Shown: positions 40,088 through 51,688 of the stretch, piece by piece
Position numbering within the stretch: position 1 is the first letter of the stretch
Layout: each line of letters starts with the position of its first letter
Assembly (NCBI GenBank): GCA_002269645.1
Contig: NIVC01003057.1
Coordinates: forward strand, 58,456 to 122,455
Direction of reading: 5' to 3'
DNA: 64,000 bases
Origin: Macrostomum lignano
Lineage: Eukaryota
The notes under the pieces: generated by a model
Seen by the model: the letters and a program-made list of their open reading frames with translations, nothing else
The model's database searches: none
What the model was told of the DNA's origin: nothing
Made by a program: the position numbers and the translations under genes

Positions 40088-42900
40088 ATGGGTTATAAGT
40101 GCTGTGTATTTGGCTGCAAATCTGGCTAAGCATCAGACAAGACAGAAAATGAGAACTATTATGCTTTTTCTATTTAGACACCAATTTGCAACAGTGCTAG
40201 CTTTGCACCATTCCAAATGATGATTTGAATGCTTTTGAATTTTAATGCACTTACTTGAATCATTTTACTGAATCAGATTTTGTGAAGAGTTCATTGGATA
40301 CAAATTAATGCCAGAAGAAATTATGCTTTTCTGCATTTGAATTGACTCAAAGATGAGTTCTATTTCAATTTGAAGGCTTGCTAAGATATCTAATCAAGCC
40401 TATTACATAGGTAAGAAGTTAAATGCTACTTCCACTATGTGCTTCATAGGAGACCTTAGATAAAGAAATCAACAACTATCTTGGCTCCAATGAGTTACAC
40501 AATTTTAGCAATTTGATTCAAAAGCTGGCACAAGCTACAATTCCCTCTGGATTTGTCAGAAGTATGGAAGCTGATTTTTGATAAAACTTGATAAAAAGAT
40601 CTGACTCAATTTGAGCTCCTTGTTCAGCTCTATGATAGTACTGCAGGACTTACCTTCCAAGTCTTCATCTCTGGCCTTTCTTGCTCTGATAGCATGTTTA
40701 AACACCTGCTCAAAGATGACTTGCACTATATGTGCATTAGCTTTCAATTTACTTGATCTTTTCAACAAGTTGTGCCATCTATAAGGCAATCCTAGACAAT
40801 GGTGCCCTCTTTTACCATCTAAAAGAGGTAGAAATTCTGTTCTTTCAAAGGATCCTAGAGTGGTTGAGGAGAAAAGGACAGTTGCAGTTGAGGACAAAGT
40901 TGCTATCTAGCAAAGAGAAACATATTGTGCTTAATATTAATAAGGTTGCAACAGCTAAAAAAGTCAAGTTCAACTGTTCAATTACAAGTCTACTTATTGC
41001 CTTGCCAATGACAAAAAAATGACCACTTCCATTTTTGCCTTTCTAATCAAGTCCATTAGTGCATCTTATCAGGATGTGGTTTGTCTATCTTCTATTAACT
41101 GCTTGACCACTTTGAAATTATATAGCATGGCCAAAGAAGTGATTGTGGCTGTCACAAAGAGAGTGGATTTGAAATTGTTGCATTGTCCTATGACAACTCT
41201 TATGAACTGAAAGTTTTACTCAATGTCAGCTATACCAAAACATGGGCTGTCTATGCAACATCTGTGTGACAATCAAAAAGAAAGCTTCATTGCTGATAGA
41301 CACTACTCACAACATAAATAATGTGTATAACAACTTTCAAAGATAAGGTCTATTTTACTATCTAGCATTTGACAATGGCAACAACTTTATGGCTAGGTTC
41401 AATTATTTTGTGACTTTTTTTAATCAAAAGAGGTCAGCTATCAAAGATTGCTTTCTATCTGACAGAGAAGGTTTATGTCCTCTTAATGTTTAGAGAACTA
41501 GTGCTTCACTGGTTGCAACTGCTTTTGGTGATACAATAGTTTCTATACTCAGACTGTATTCAAGCACAAAGAGCATAGAGATAGACACTTCAATGTTCAA
41601 TAACATAGCCAATTTTTTGTCCATGATCAGGAAGCTATGGGCAATATTGAATGTTTAAAAGCCATTTGCAGGTCAACATAAAGAAGATAGGAAAGTGAGC
41701 CATTGACTAATATGCAAGACTGGCAGCTCCAATACAGTGTACCTTACTGACTTTGTTGGATTCCTAGAGAATTGGCAAATGGTATCAATAGCGCAGGTAG
41801 TCTGATAAACAAGACTTTTGGTAGCCTTATTCAAACATGCTCAGCCATTCTACTATTGTATGCAAAACTTTTTCTATTGGCCACTTTGACTACATTTTGC
41901 TAGGAAAGTTTTTGTCTGATCCTCTTAAAAGACAATTTGGAAAGTATAGGCAGATATCCAGTACATTTATATTTTATCAGTGCAAAGCAAGTCATTTAGT
42001 CTGAGAATAAACTTTAAATGACTTCATTGTTTAAACATTCAGAAATAGACTTGCTATGCCTAAAGAAGTCTTTCATAAAGGATTTGAGCAAGACACTGAC
42101 ATTAGTCTAAGAGCAGCAAAAATCTTTGCTAATGTATTAGATAAGCCATGCATGACCTTGCACAGTAACAAAATAGGCTGTTTGAAAATGATATTCTACA
42201 TAGCAAGCTCTACTTTTCAAAGTCTATCAGCAAAGAATATGCTGATTGTAGAGAATTTTTGGTGAGCAAAGACAAGGTCCTTCTAGTAGAAGCGACTCTT
42301 GACAATGCTTTTAATTGTGATTTCCTAGTTTGCTAGCTATCACAAGGAGGACTATACAAGCGCAACTCCCCTGATTTACACTGGCCATGCGACTTAACTG
42401 TAAAAGAAACCCTAAAGCAAAATTAACACAGTTTTGAGTAAATGGCAGGAGTAACAATGACTGTCTTATCAGGCCTAAATGCCTTGGCATCTAATTAATA
42501 CTATGTCTATTCTTTGGGGTGGTATTTTTGTGACTTACCCCTGGTCTACCACAATTTATAGTGGCCAGATCGGCCAGGTCGGCCAACAGTTGCGCATGTA
42601 TGAGGAGGACTATGCTATCTATATAATTACTACTTTTGTTCTCTACATGACAATGTTCAATTCATTTGAGCTCATCAAAGGTTCTAAATCTGTTCTAAAT
42701 AGCTATTGCAGAAGCTTCTTAGCTTTAAATAGCATCAAACTTTTGCATCAGTCATGATGGTAAAAACTTAAAATTGTGCAACTTTTCTGGCTTATTGCTT
42801 CCCTTTCTCAAATCATTTACTAAGACAAGTCATTTGGCAGTTTGCTTTCCAACTCCTAAACTGTTTTCTAAATAACCTTTTTTTGAAGCTAACTGTCTAT
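40088..42900 (+). pseudogene. Decayed THAP-domain / P-element-type (THAP9-like) transposase
   Basis: Fragments occur in the expected order despite many stops and frameshifts. They are MGYKCCVFGCKSG...*LCTIP...C..NHFTESDF (THAP), IVLNINKV (for IDE), SIFAFLIKSISASYQDVV, GFEIVALSYDN, HL...NNF, YILLGKFLSDPLKRQFGKYRQ (D.LE..F...RQ), IFYIAS, GGL, and a C-terminal ..FLNNLFLK. Confidence 0.75.
42353..42602. mobile_element. MITE copy A (250 bp) inserted in the transposase relic
   Basis: TIRs TATACAAGCGCAAC / GTTGCGCATGTATG. Perfect 8-bp TSD AGGAGGAC at 42345-42352 and 42603-42610. Confidence 0.85.
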
Positions 42901-42952
42901 CTGCTATTGGCAATAGGGACCACAACACTAGAAATTCTTGTATCTACAGATA

Positions 42953-43247
42953 CATACATGCGCAACCTCCAAAATTCAGTTGGCCGTGCAACTTAGTTTT
43001 AACAAAAATGCGATGTAGTTTTTGGCCAAAATGCAACTTACATGTAAAAAACCCTAAAGCAAAATTAACGCAACTTTGGGTAAACGGCAGGAGTAACTCG
43101 ACTGTCTTATAAGGCCAAAATGCCTCGTCAGCTACTTAGTACTACTACTTTGGTGTTTTTTTGGGTGGGCATTTTTGCAACTTCCTTTGTTGGCCGCCAA
43201 ATCAGTCAGCCGGATTGGCCGACTCGGCCAACTGTTGGGCATGTATG
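42953..43247. mobile_element. MITE copy B (295 bp), same family as copy A
   Basis: TIRs CATACATGCGCAAC / GTTGGGCATGTATG. Perfect 8-bp TSD TACAGATA at 42945-42952 and 43248-43255. The interior aligns with copy A. Confidence 0.88.
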
Positions 43248-44379
43248 TACAGATATGGGGAAGCAATTATAGTATGGGGAAGCAAGAAGGTAGGGATATT
43301 TTCAGTGTCTACATGAATTTTAAAATAAAAGTTTTCCGATTTTGTACTTTGTAATTATGTAATTGAACTTTAATTATAGATGATTTGTCTAACATAAATT
43401 GGAAGTTCAAATTGAACTAAGAATATAATCGTTTTCATTTTTATAACATTTTATGTTTTTTTGATTGTTTGCTGATTTAAGACATATTAGTTTTGCTTCT
43501 AGTTTTCTAATATTTCCAATATTTAAGCATGCAACAATAGTATTAGTAGGATACTATAGTGGTTGTTTACCTAAGACACTTGAGTTGTATCTAAGATAGT
43601 TAGAATTAGAATTCAATAGAAACTTCAAAAATTTTATTTAGTTTCATTTAGACTCATTGGAATGTTCCCCAATTCTATTGTTCCAGAAACCATGAAAGTT
43701 TTCTCCCAAAAAATCAGTGTTCCCACTCAGCAACCTTCATTTTCTGTGCCATTATCACTCTACCTCTAATGCTCTAATGCAGTGTGATATCTATTGAGAT
43801 ATTTAAAAAACTCAAATACCTAACATCCAGGGACCTCGATCATAAATTATCCAATTTTGGACAAGATAAAACATAACTTGGCAAAAAATAGGTCAAAAAA
43901 TGGCAACAACAACAGACTGAAGAGAGAGTAGGACCGTGGTACGGCAACGCCAACAACAACAACAACAACAACAGCATGAGCATTAGACTATTAATTTTTC
44001 TAAATCAATATTGCAATTAAAACATAAAAATTCTATTCAACACCATCAAGGTTGGCTTTGTTATTCTATTGGTATATAAAAAGTATGCTTGTTCTTTATA
44101 CTAGCAAAAAGGATGTTAAGAGAATTTTAAATTAGCATAAATAATACCATGCAATACCCATAGCTGTAGCTTATACTTAGTCCCTTGGAAAAGATGACCA
44201 GCACTATAGCAAAATAAATGAAATAACAATAGAGTATAATTTGTATAGTAAAACATATAGAAAATGGAAAAAATTAGGGAAGAAGCAAAAAAGGCAACAT
44301 AAAAGGCCCTATTTCCCATAATCCTCTTTTTTTTCTCCTTCTCCTTCTTTTGCTCCTCTATGCTCAGAGGAGATGCTTT

Positions 44380-44790
44380 GTAGGAGATATTCTATGTAAG
44401 AGTTGTGAGGCTAAACCACATGAAATGATAAAGGCTATTGATTTTTGTAATAGAGATCATATGCTCTGCCTATTAGAAGCCCTGTATATTAAGACCAAAC
44501 AGCCCACATTAAATAACCAACTTGCAATGGGTGGGGCTAGCCGTCAACTCAGAATTTTTTAGCTGATTTGTCAATGACCGGACTGGCTTAAAACTGATAT
44601 GAATTTTACCCAACCAATACTGTATCAAAAAATTGATTACTATGTACAAGTTTTAAACTGTCAATTAAAAACTCAATTTAACTACTCTTGGTACTCTCAA
44701 CTATCTATATATACTGAATTCATTCAAATTGTTCCTTAAATAAAAAGACCCTGACAATGTCCTAATGCAAATGGACAAAATGCATCGGCA
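44380..44790 (+). mobile_element. Penelope-like element 3' remnant: GIY-YIG endonuclease C-terminus plus decayed hammerhead-like motif
   Basis: LCLLEALYIKTKQPTLNNQL...SRQLRIF* is typical of PLE endonuclease ends. It is followed by CTGACAAT-GTCC-loop-GGAC-AAAATGCATCGG at 44751-44788. Confidence 0.65.
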
Positions 44791-45249
44791 ATTAAACTAA
44801 ATAAATACAATTTATGTTGATTCTTACTTTTGTTTATCTTATCTTTATTAAGCAAGCTACTTTGCCAGGTCCTAGGCCCTAAGATTTATTTATCCTTATA
44901 TTGATAGATACACATTGCAACCTCAAGGGTTGAAACAAACAACACCTAACATAAAAAGCATAGGCCCCTACAAAAAGCATCCAAAAATAGGGAAAGGTTA
45001 CAATTAGATTTTAGGTGCAAATTTTACACATTTTCAGATTTGTGCCAAACCTTTGGCCTATTAATCACATATTTGGGCAATCTTCTAGTTTCACACGTTT
45101 AATTATTTTAAAGCATTTTTAATTATTTTCAACAAAGCAATCATGGCTAGGCGCCCTGCAGCACCAACAACTATCATTCCGGTCCCAGAACCTATGACCT
45201 GCTGCTGATCTGTGCAACCTGAAACCCTTCGATGTGTGAGTTCAATGCA

Positions 45250-45600
45250 ATTATAGCTACGAATGATGCGATGATCCACTGGCTGGCCATATACCACCTG
45301 TTGGCCAATGAACGTTGCTGTGCCAATTGTCCTGGGCAGCCATCCATGCGGCTGCAGAGACAGGAAGGCAACTGCTTCATCAACTGTCTATTTTGCCTCA
45401 TTTTCAGGCATGGCGCAAATTTGTACCAGAGAGGGAACACTGCAAAAAGTTTTGTACCTCTTGACAGATGGCATTCACATCATAGCTACATAAGCTCATA
45501 ACCTTGACAACATGAGTGAGACCAAATTTTTGTGGCTTAGGCCTATTGTCATTGATGAAGTCAACAAAGGTAGAATTAGACAGGGTCATAAGGCCTACAG
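45250..45600 (+). mobile_element. Possible Merlin/ISXO2-like transposase relic
   Basis: IHWLAIYHLLANERCCANCPGQPSMRL resembles the N-terminal CxxC..MxL segment, and a later VIDEVNKGRIRQGHK resembles the IDE..G.RK..RG segment. Heavily decayed, motif recall only. Confidence 0.35.
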
Positions 45601-46480
45601 CAGTTTGATGGCGCAGCAAGATTTTATAGACAGTAGAAGAGAAACCCTGGTACAAATCGTATTAGTATATTGTGCAGTAATAGTAGAAGCAATCAACTTC
45701 GACTGTTTCTAATGCTGTTTCCAAGCTAAAAGTCGAAAGGCAAAGAAAGAACCGAATGACTAGTGGCATGGACATGAAGCCCAAAGTAGTGTTAATTAAC
45801 CCCTTTAAAAACTTTGATAAAGGTTAGAACGTTACGTCTAAGTCTAAGGGGCTAATATCTTTAGGCCCTATGCATGCTAAGTCAACGCTAGGGCCTAACT
45901 GAATTTGATGGAAAAACTCTTTCAAAAAGTTGGCACGAACAGCAAAAATAGCGAGGAACATTTTAACCGCCATCTTTGACCCAGCACGCCGAGTACTGAA
46001 CTGAAATCAATCGCTCTGTCAATTTCCCAGCCCTAGGAGTAGGCTTGAGTAGTAATTCGTCTTATTGATTACACGATGGATAATTATAACGTATTTAAGG
46101 GTTTGCTGACTATGACTATGATAAGTACTTCCGGCGCCTCAGCCTAAGTAAAAAGGCTCTTACGCCACTAGAGATAATTTAGCTTCCAGATTGGGAGTAG
46201 TTAAGGGTATTGCTGCACGAACCTCGTGATTTTTGTAGAGTGCTGTTTCTTAAAAACTGTATTTTGATCCATAAAAGTCGAAGAATTTAAAAACATTAAT
46301 TTTAAATTCTCAAAAACAGCACGTCAATAAGTGAATAAAAATATTAACCTTTGTAGCATACGACAATTTTTAACATACATTTTGTTTAAACTATTACAAA
46401 TGAATTCATCAATGCAAAAATTTTAAAAAGCTATTTGCCTCAAAAAAATTTATATTAGCATTGATCAGAGGATTTCTCCC

Positions 46481-46765
46481 GGTTATGGCTAGGGTTCCGG
46501 CACCGGAACCCGTTTTCTAATGTCTATGGATCTGCTGCAGGCAGTTATCTACTAATGAAGTCTTGAATGTTAGAAGTATCTTGATTTGAATCTCATCGTT
46601 TCGTTTAGATCTTATCTTGAACAAAATCTCAATATCAACCACTCGTTAAAAAGTAAAATGTTTCTGCTATATTATACACATAAATTGCACTACTGGAGTA
46701 CATACCACTGCCGGATCCATAGCCGTTAGAAAATAGGTTCCGGTGCCGGAACTCTAGCCATTGCT
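46481..46765. mobile_element. Foldback MITE (285 bp) with about 54-bp TIRs and 9-bp TSD (Merlin- or MULE-type)
   Basis: Left end GGTTATGGCTAGGGTTCCGGCACCGGAACC... versus reverse complement of the right end AGCAATGGCTAGAGTTCCGGCACCGGAACC.... TSD ATTTCTCCC at 46472-46480 and 46766-46774. Confidence 0.85.
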
Positions 46766-47449
46766 ATTTCTCCCTAATGGATTCCTTTATGGTCTTCTTA
46801 GTTTTCCGGCCTCGGGTTATTTGAGTTGCAATTTAAGTCGCTTATTATACCATCCTGTGGTTATTTTTTACGATGTTTTATAGTCAAATAGTCAAATTAG
46901 TACTGGTACTAGTAGCTTTGTATTGTATTGTAATTTGTAGCACCTTGACCTTCCTGGTTTTTTAAACTTTAAGATAAGGTCGTCAATTTTCATTTCATAA
47001 AAGCATTAACATTTATTTGTTCTGTAAATTTTTATATTCATATTCAAATTTGGTGTAAACTATAGTAAATTTTTTATCACTGACCAAGAAAACAATGTTA
47101 GGTCTATGTTAATGTGTTGAATATTTTTTTTGTAATTAAATTAGTTTTGTAATTTTTCATATCTTGACTTAAACAAAAAAGCTCCATATTATAATTTTTT
47201 GTATTGGCCAAGATATATATCCAATTTAATAACATAATGACTAAATTTTTAAAAAGCTTTTTGAAAAATGAGACAAATAAGATGTTTTTGTCTTTGGACT
47301 TAGGCATTAGAGGCCATAGTTCAAAACACTGTTTATAACTATATTAGAAAAAATGACCACATTTTTTGTATATACCAAGTGACCAATTTATATTAGATAG
47401 GCCTATATTTGTTCTAGGCCTATTTATTCCTAGTTGATTTATCTTAGGC

Positions 47450-48226
47450 CAGTGATGTTACAAGCTGCGGAAATTTCTGCACTGCAGATTTTTTAGCTTT
47501 CTGAAAAAAATGCTAATTATTTTATTTGTTTTTGAATTTCTGCGGATTTTTTATTTTTTTGCAAAACGTATATAAAAGCAATGTTTTACATTTACAAGTA
47601 TGGTTCCTGTCTTTTTGTGTTTTCTATTTTAATTTATTTTTGTTATATCACTTAGTTTTTTAATATAGCTAAACTGACAGACTTGTATCAGCTAGTGTTC
47701 TATCTAGCTGATAAAAGATCCAAATAGCAAGCAGTCAACCAAATGTTGCGTATGTGGCAACAAAAAGTTTCTCTGTGGGAACAAGTGGCTTTGGTGCAAT
47801 TGAGCACCATAGAAAAGGCAAAGCGCATGTCAAAAACCTCCAGCGCTTTCTAGAAGGATGTCGCATAAGCAAGTCATCTATTCTGTGCTTCTTTAAACCT
47901 GCTGCTGCGCAAGGTCTATCTGGCCCATTCTCTACTGTGCCAAGCATCAAAAAAAGTTTTGGAATTTTTTCGAAAATTTATAGTGCAAATTTTCTCCAAC
48001 TGTCTTCATTTTATATTGTTAGCATTTTACTTTATGGAGACCCAGAATACATTAGGATTTAGATTTCTTGATTAGAACGTAGTTGAAATTGGTTTTAATA
48101 ATATTGTAAACAAGTATTTTGAGGATTAAAACTGGATCTTTTAACTTTCTAATTCATGAAAAATATACTCTGCAGATTTTTTTTAATCTGCGGATTATTT
48201 TTTTAGAAATGCCTGTAACAACACTG
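47450..48226 (+). mobile_element. Non-autonomous hAT element (777 bp) retaining a zinc-finger fragment
   Basis: TIRs CAGTGATGTTACA / TGTAACAACACTG. 8-bp TSD TCTTAGGC at 47442-47449 and 48227-48234. Internal KCCVC/KSFSVGTSGFGAIEHHRKGKAH is a frameshifted CxxC..H....H finger. Confidence 0.85.
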
Positions 48227-49710
48227 TCTTAGGCCTTATTATGTCATCAAGTTCTTATAGTACAAAAAATCCTTTTATAAAAATCTTATATCTATACTAT
48301 ATAACTATTCTATACAAATACAATACTATAGATATAAATTTTGGTAATAGCCATTTTGGTATTAGCCACTTTGTAACAAAAAATGACTATTTATTTTGGT
48401 AATACCCATTTTGGTAACAGCCACTTCAGTAACAAAAAATGACCATTTCAATAATAGTTATTTTGGTAATAGCCACTTTGGTAACAAAGTAGATTTATAA
48501 TTATAATTGTCAACACTTTATTCTTATGATAATTAGGTTTAGCAATAACTAGTTTAATAATTAATATCTAAAATATCTTATTGCTATATATGGTTAAAGT
48601 TTCTAATTCAACTATTATAATTTGTTTAAACTTGCAGGTTAACTTTGTGAAAAATTTAAAGGAAAAAAAAAATTAAGCCAAGCATCAAGCAAGCTCGCAT
48701 ACATTGAAATTGAAGCAAAATTTAAATAATTAATAAAGAAAAAGTAGATTCTGCAATTTTAAATTGCTATTCACTAACTAGATCAGAGATCCTAATGTAT
48801 ATAATATACAATATTTGGTTAATTATAGGATGTCTTAGGTGCATGCATTTGACTCATTCAAAAATTAAAATAGATCAGTTAAAACACTTTTAGACAAGTT
48901 AAACACATGCAGGTATGTATGTGTTTTGTTGTTCTTTCTTTAGAATCTTTAGAAAAGCTTATTCATGAAATGAATATAATGAATTTGTAATAAACAAACC
49001 CTAATCTAGGAATTATATACAATCACAGTTTCTATATAGACTAGCATAACCTAAAAATGATTGTGAAACTAAGACTTCTATATAAAAATACTAATCAAAG
49101 ATGCAGGCCTGCTCAACCACTAAAGCAGGTCTTAGACTTTTAAAAACAGTGCTTCATTCAATTAAATAAATAAATGGCTTTTTCAGGCCAGCTGACTACA
49201 TGGCCCTAGATGGGACAATTAATGGATTAGTTAGATATTCACTGAGTCACCTAGGCTGAAAGCAGATTTAATTTACCATTCAAGAGTAATGCCCACTGTG
49301 TTATTTTCTGGTTGGGAACAAAAGCAGTGACTGAAATACTGATATTATGACTTGGATAGAAACAATTTTCAATTGTAACAGCAAAGCCTATTTTGTACAA
49401 AAGTTTGATAAAGTGAGTAATAAGTAAAAGCCTACTTCTAATTTCTTTAAATGCCTTGCAAAGTAGCAACAATAACTTCATGATAGGGTGTAGAATTTAA
49501 GCAAGCACATTATCCTTTGTTAAGGATTTCCTATGCAGAATCATGCTTATTATTTAGATTTGAAACCATAACCACATAATATACTTGTATGACATTAGTT
49601 TACACTTGTAAAGAAATAAATGCAATGATTTTAAAGCAGTTCATGATAAAAAATAAATATTGTTCTCTGCTTCTGATAATGTTGCGCCTTTGAAAGTCAG
49701 AAAAACCACA

Positions 49711-49808
49711 ATGTCTTTCAAATTGTTGCCCAAGTCTACAGAAGAGTTTTCTGATACCAAATTTTGGGAAGGATTTTTTAAGACACGCGGAAGCAAGGCG
49801 TTTGAATG
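49711..49808 (+). CDS. METTL13: eEF1A lysine and N-terminal methyltransferase, exon 1
   Basis: MSFKLLPKSTEEFSDTKFWEGFFKTRGSKAFEW matches the METTL13 N-terminus (LLPKS..EF...YW..FF..RG.KAFEWYG). Donor TG|GTATTT at 49809, 78-nt intron. Confidence 0.92.
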
Positions 49809-49886
49809 GTATTTCTTTGATTTTGTGTTATCACGGATTTAAATAAGTGATTAATTATTGATTTAATGCTAATAAAATACTTCTAG

Positions 49887-50324
49887 GTATGGAGAATACC
49901 AGGACATGGTGGAGCTGTGGGCACAGTATGTGAAAACTGGCGATCGCGTACTCAACATTGGCTGCGGCAATTCCAATCTGGGCGCTGAGTTGCACGACTA
50001 TCAAAACTGCGAAGTCCTGTGCATTGACACCAGCTCCACTGTGGTGCAACAGATGTCGCGAAAGCACAGTAAACGACCCAGACTATCCTATCGCGTGATG
50101 GACGCCGCCAATCTTGAAGGCCTCAATGATGGCAGCTTTGCCTGCGCTGTAGACAAAGGCACCCTTGATGCTTTGATGTCGGCCGCAGATTCCTCTATTC
50201 AAGCTGTTGTTGATGGCATGCTGGCCGAGGCGCATCGGGTACTGCGGGTTGGCGGCAGGCATCTCATTGTTAGCCTTTGTCAGAAACAAGTTGTTGATAA
50301 ACTAGTGCAGCACATCTCTCTGAG
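49887..50324 (+). CDS. METTL13: METTL13 exon 2 (N-terminal class I methyltransferase domain)
   Basis: Acceptor TTCTAG|. Reads YGEY...VLNIGCGNS...CIDTS...VMDA...DKGTLDAL...MLAEAHRVLRVGGRHLIVSL. Donor AG|GTTTGT at 50325. Confidence 0.93.
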
Positions 50325-50449
50325 GTTTGTGAATTTGTCTTATGTTCTTTTTGGAATAAAAATCCCCTTGGAAAGAAATCTTACTAATCATGTGAAAACC
50401 TGCCACTCATTCCTTAAAAATCTCATTTTTATCCCGTGCGAAATCTCAG

Positions 50450-51655
50450 ATTTATCCAGTGAGAAATCTCTCATTCATCTAGTGGGAACTCTCTCTCATC
50501 TATCCATTTGGAAATCTCCCATTTATAAATTTGGAAATCTCCCATTTATTCATTGGGAAAACTCCCATTCATCTATTAGGAAATAGCCCATTCATCCATT
50601 AGGAAATAGCCCATTCATCCAGTGAGAAATCTCTCATTCATCTAGTGGGAACTCTCTCTCATCTATCCATTTAAAAATCTCCCATTTATCAATTTGGAAA
50701 TCTCCCATTTATTCATTGGGAAAACTCCCATTCATCTATTAGGAAATAGCCCATTCATCCATTAGGAAATAGCCCATTCATCCAGTGAGAAATCTCTCAT
50801 TCATCTAGTGGGAACTCTCTCTCATCTATCCATTTGAAAATCTCCCATTTATCAATTTGGAAATCTCCCATTTATTCATTGGGAAAACTCCCATTCATCT
50901 ATTAGGAAATAGCCCATTCATCCATTAGGAAATAGCCCATTCATCCAGTGAGAAATCTCTCATTCATCTAGTGGGAACTCTCTCATCTATCCATTTGGAA
51001 ATCTCCCATTTATCAATTTGGAAATCTCCCATTTATTCATTGGGAAAACTCCCATTCATCTATTAGGAAATAGCCCATTCATCCATTAGGAAATAGCCCA
51101 TTCATCCGGTGAGAAATCTCCCATTTACCCAGGGAGAAGTCTTCCATTCATTCAGTGAGAAATCTCCCATTTATCCAGTGAGAAATCTCCCATTCATCTA
51201 GTGGGAACTCTCTCTCATTTATCAATTTGGAAATCTCCCATTTATTCATTGGGAAAACTGCCATTCATCTATTAGGAAATAGCCCATTCATCCAGTGAGA
51301 AATCTCCCATTTACCCAGGGAGAAGTCTCCCATTCATTCAGTGAGAAATCTCCCATTTATCCAGTGAGAAATCTCCCATTTATCTAGTGAGAAATCTCCC
51401 ATTTATCCAGTGAGAAATCTCCCATTTATCCAGTGAGAAATCTCCCATTTATCCAGTGAGAAATCTCCCATTTATCCAGTGAGAAATCTCCCATTTATCC
51501 AGTGAGAAATCTCCCATTTATCCAGTGAGAAATCTCCCATTTATCCAGTGAGAAATCTCCCATTTATCCAGTGAGAAATCTCCCATTTATCCAGTGAGAA
51601 ATCTCCCATTTATCCAGTGAGAAATCTCCCATTTATCCAGTGAGAAATCTCCTAT
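50450..51655. repeat. 23-bp minisatellite GAGAAATCTCCCATTTATCCAGT with a 163-bp higher-order repeat, in METTL13 intron 2
   Basis: The higher-order unit recurs at 50461, 50624, 50787 and 50950. Homogeneous monomers run from about 51360 to 51655. Confidence 0.93.
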
Positions 51656-51688
51656 TTCTATACTTATTATCTCCCATAAATTTTGCAG

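Noticed and set aside
40217-40271. C/D snoRNA-like ATGATGA...CTGA
   Set aside because: It lies within the THAP coding relic (PNDD...TES) and has no terminal stem or recognisable guide.
46127-46134. ETS/GABP-like ACTTCCGG as a promoter element
   Set aside because: It is a single 8-mer more than 3 kb from the nearest start codon, within TE debris.
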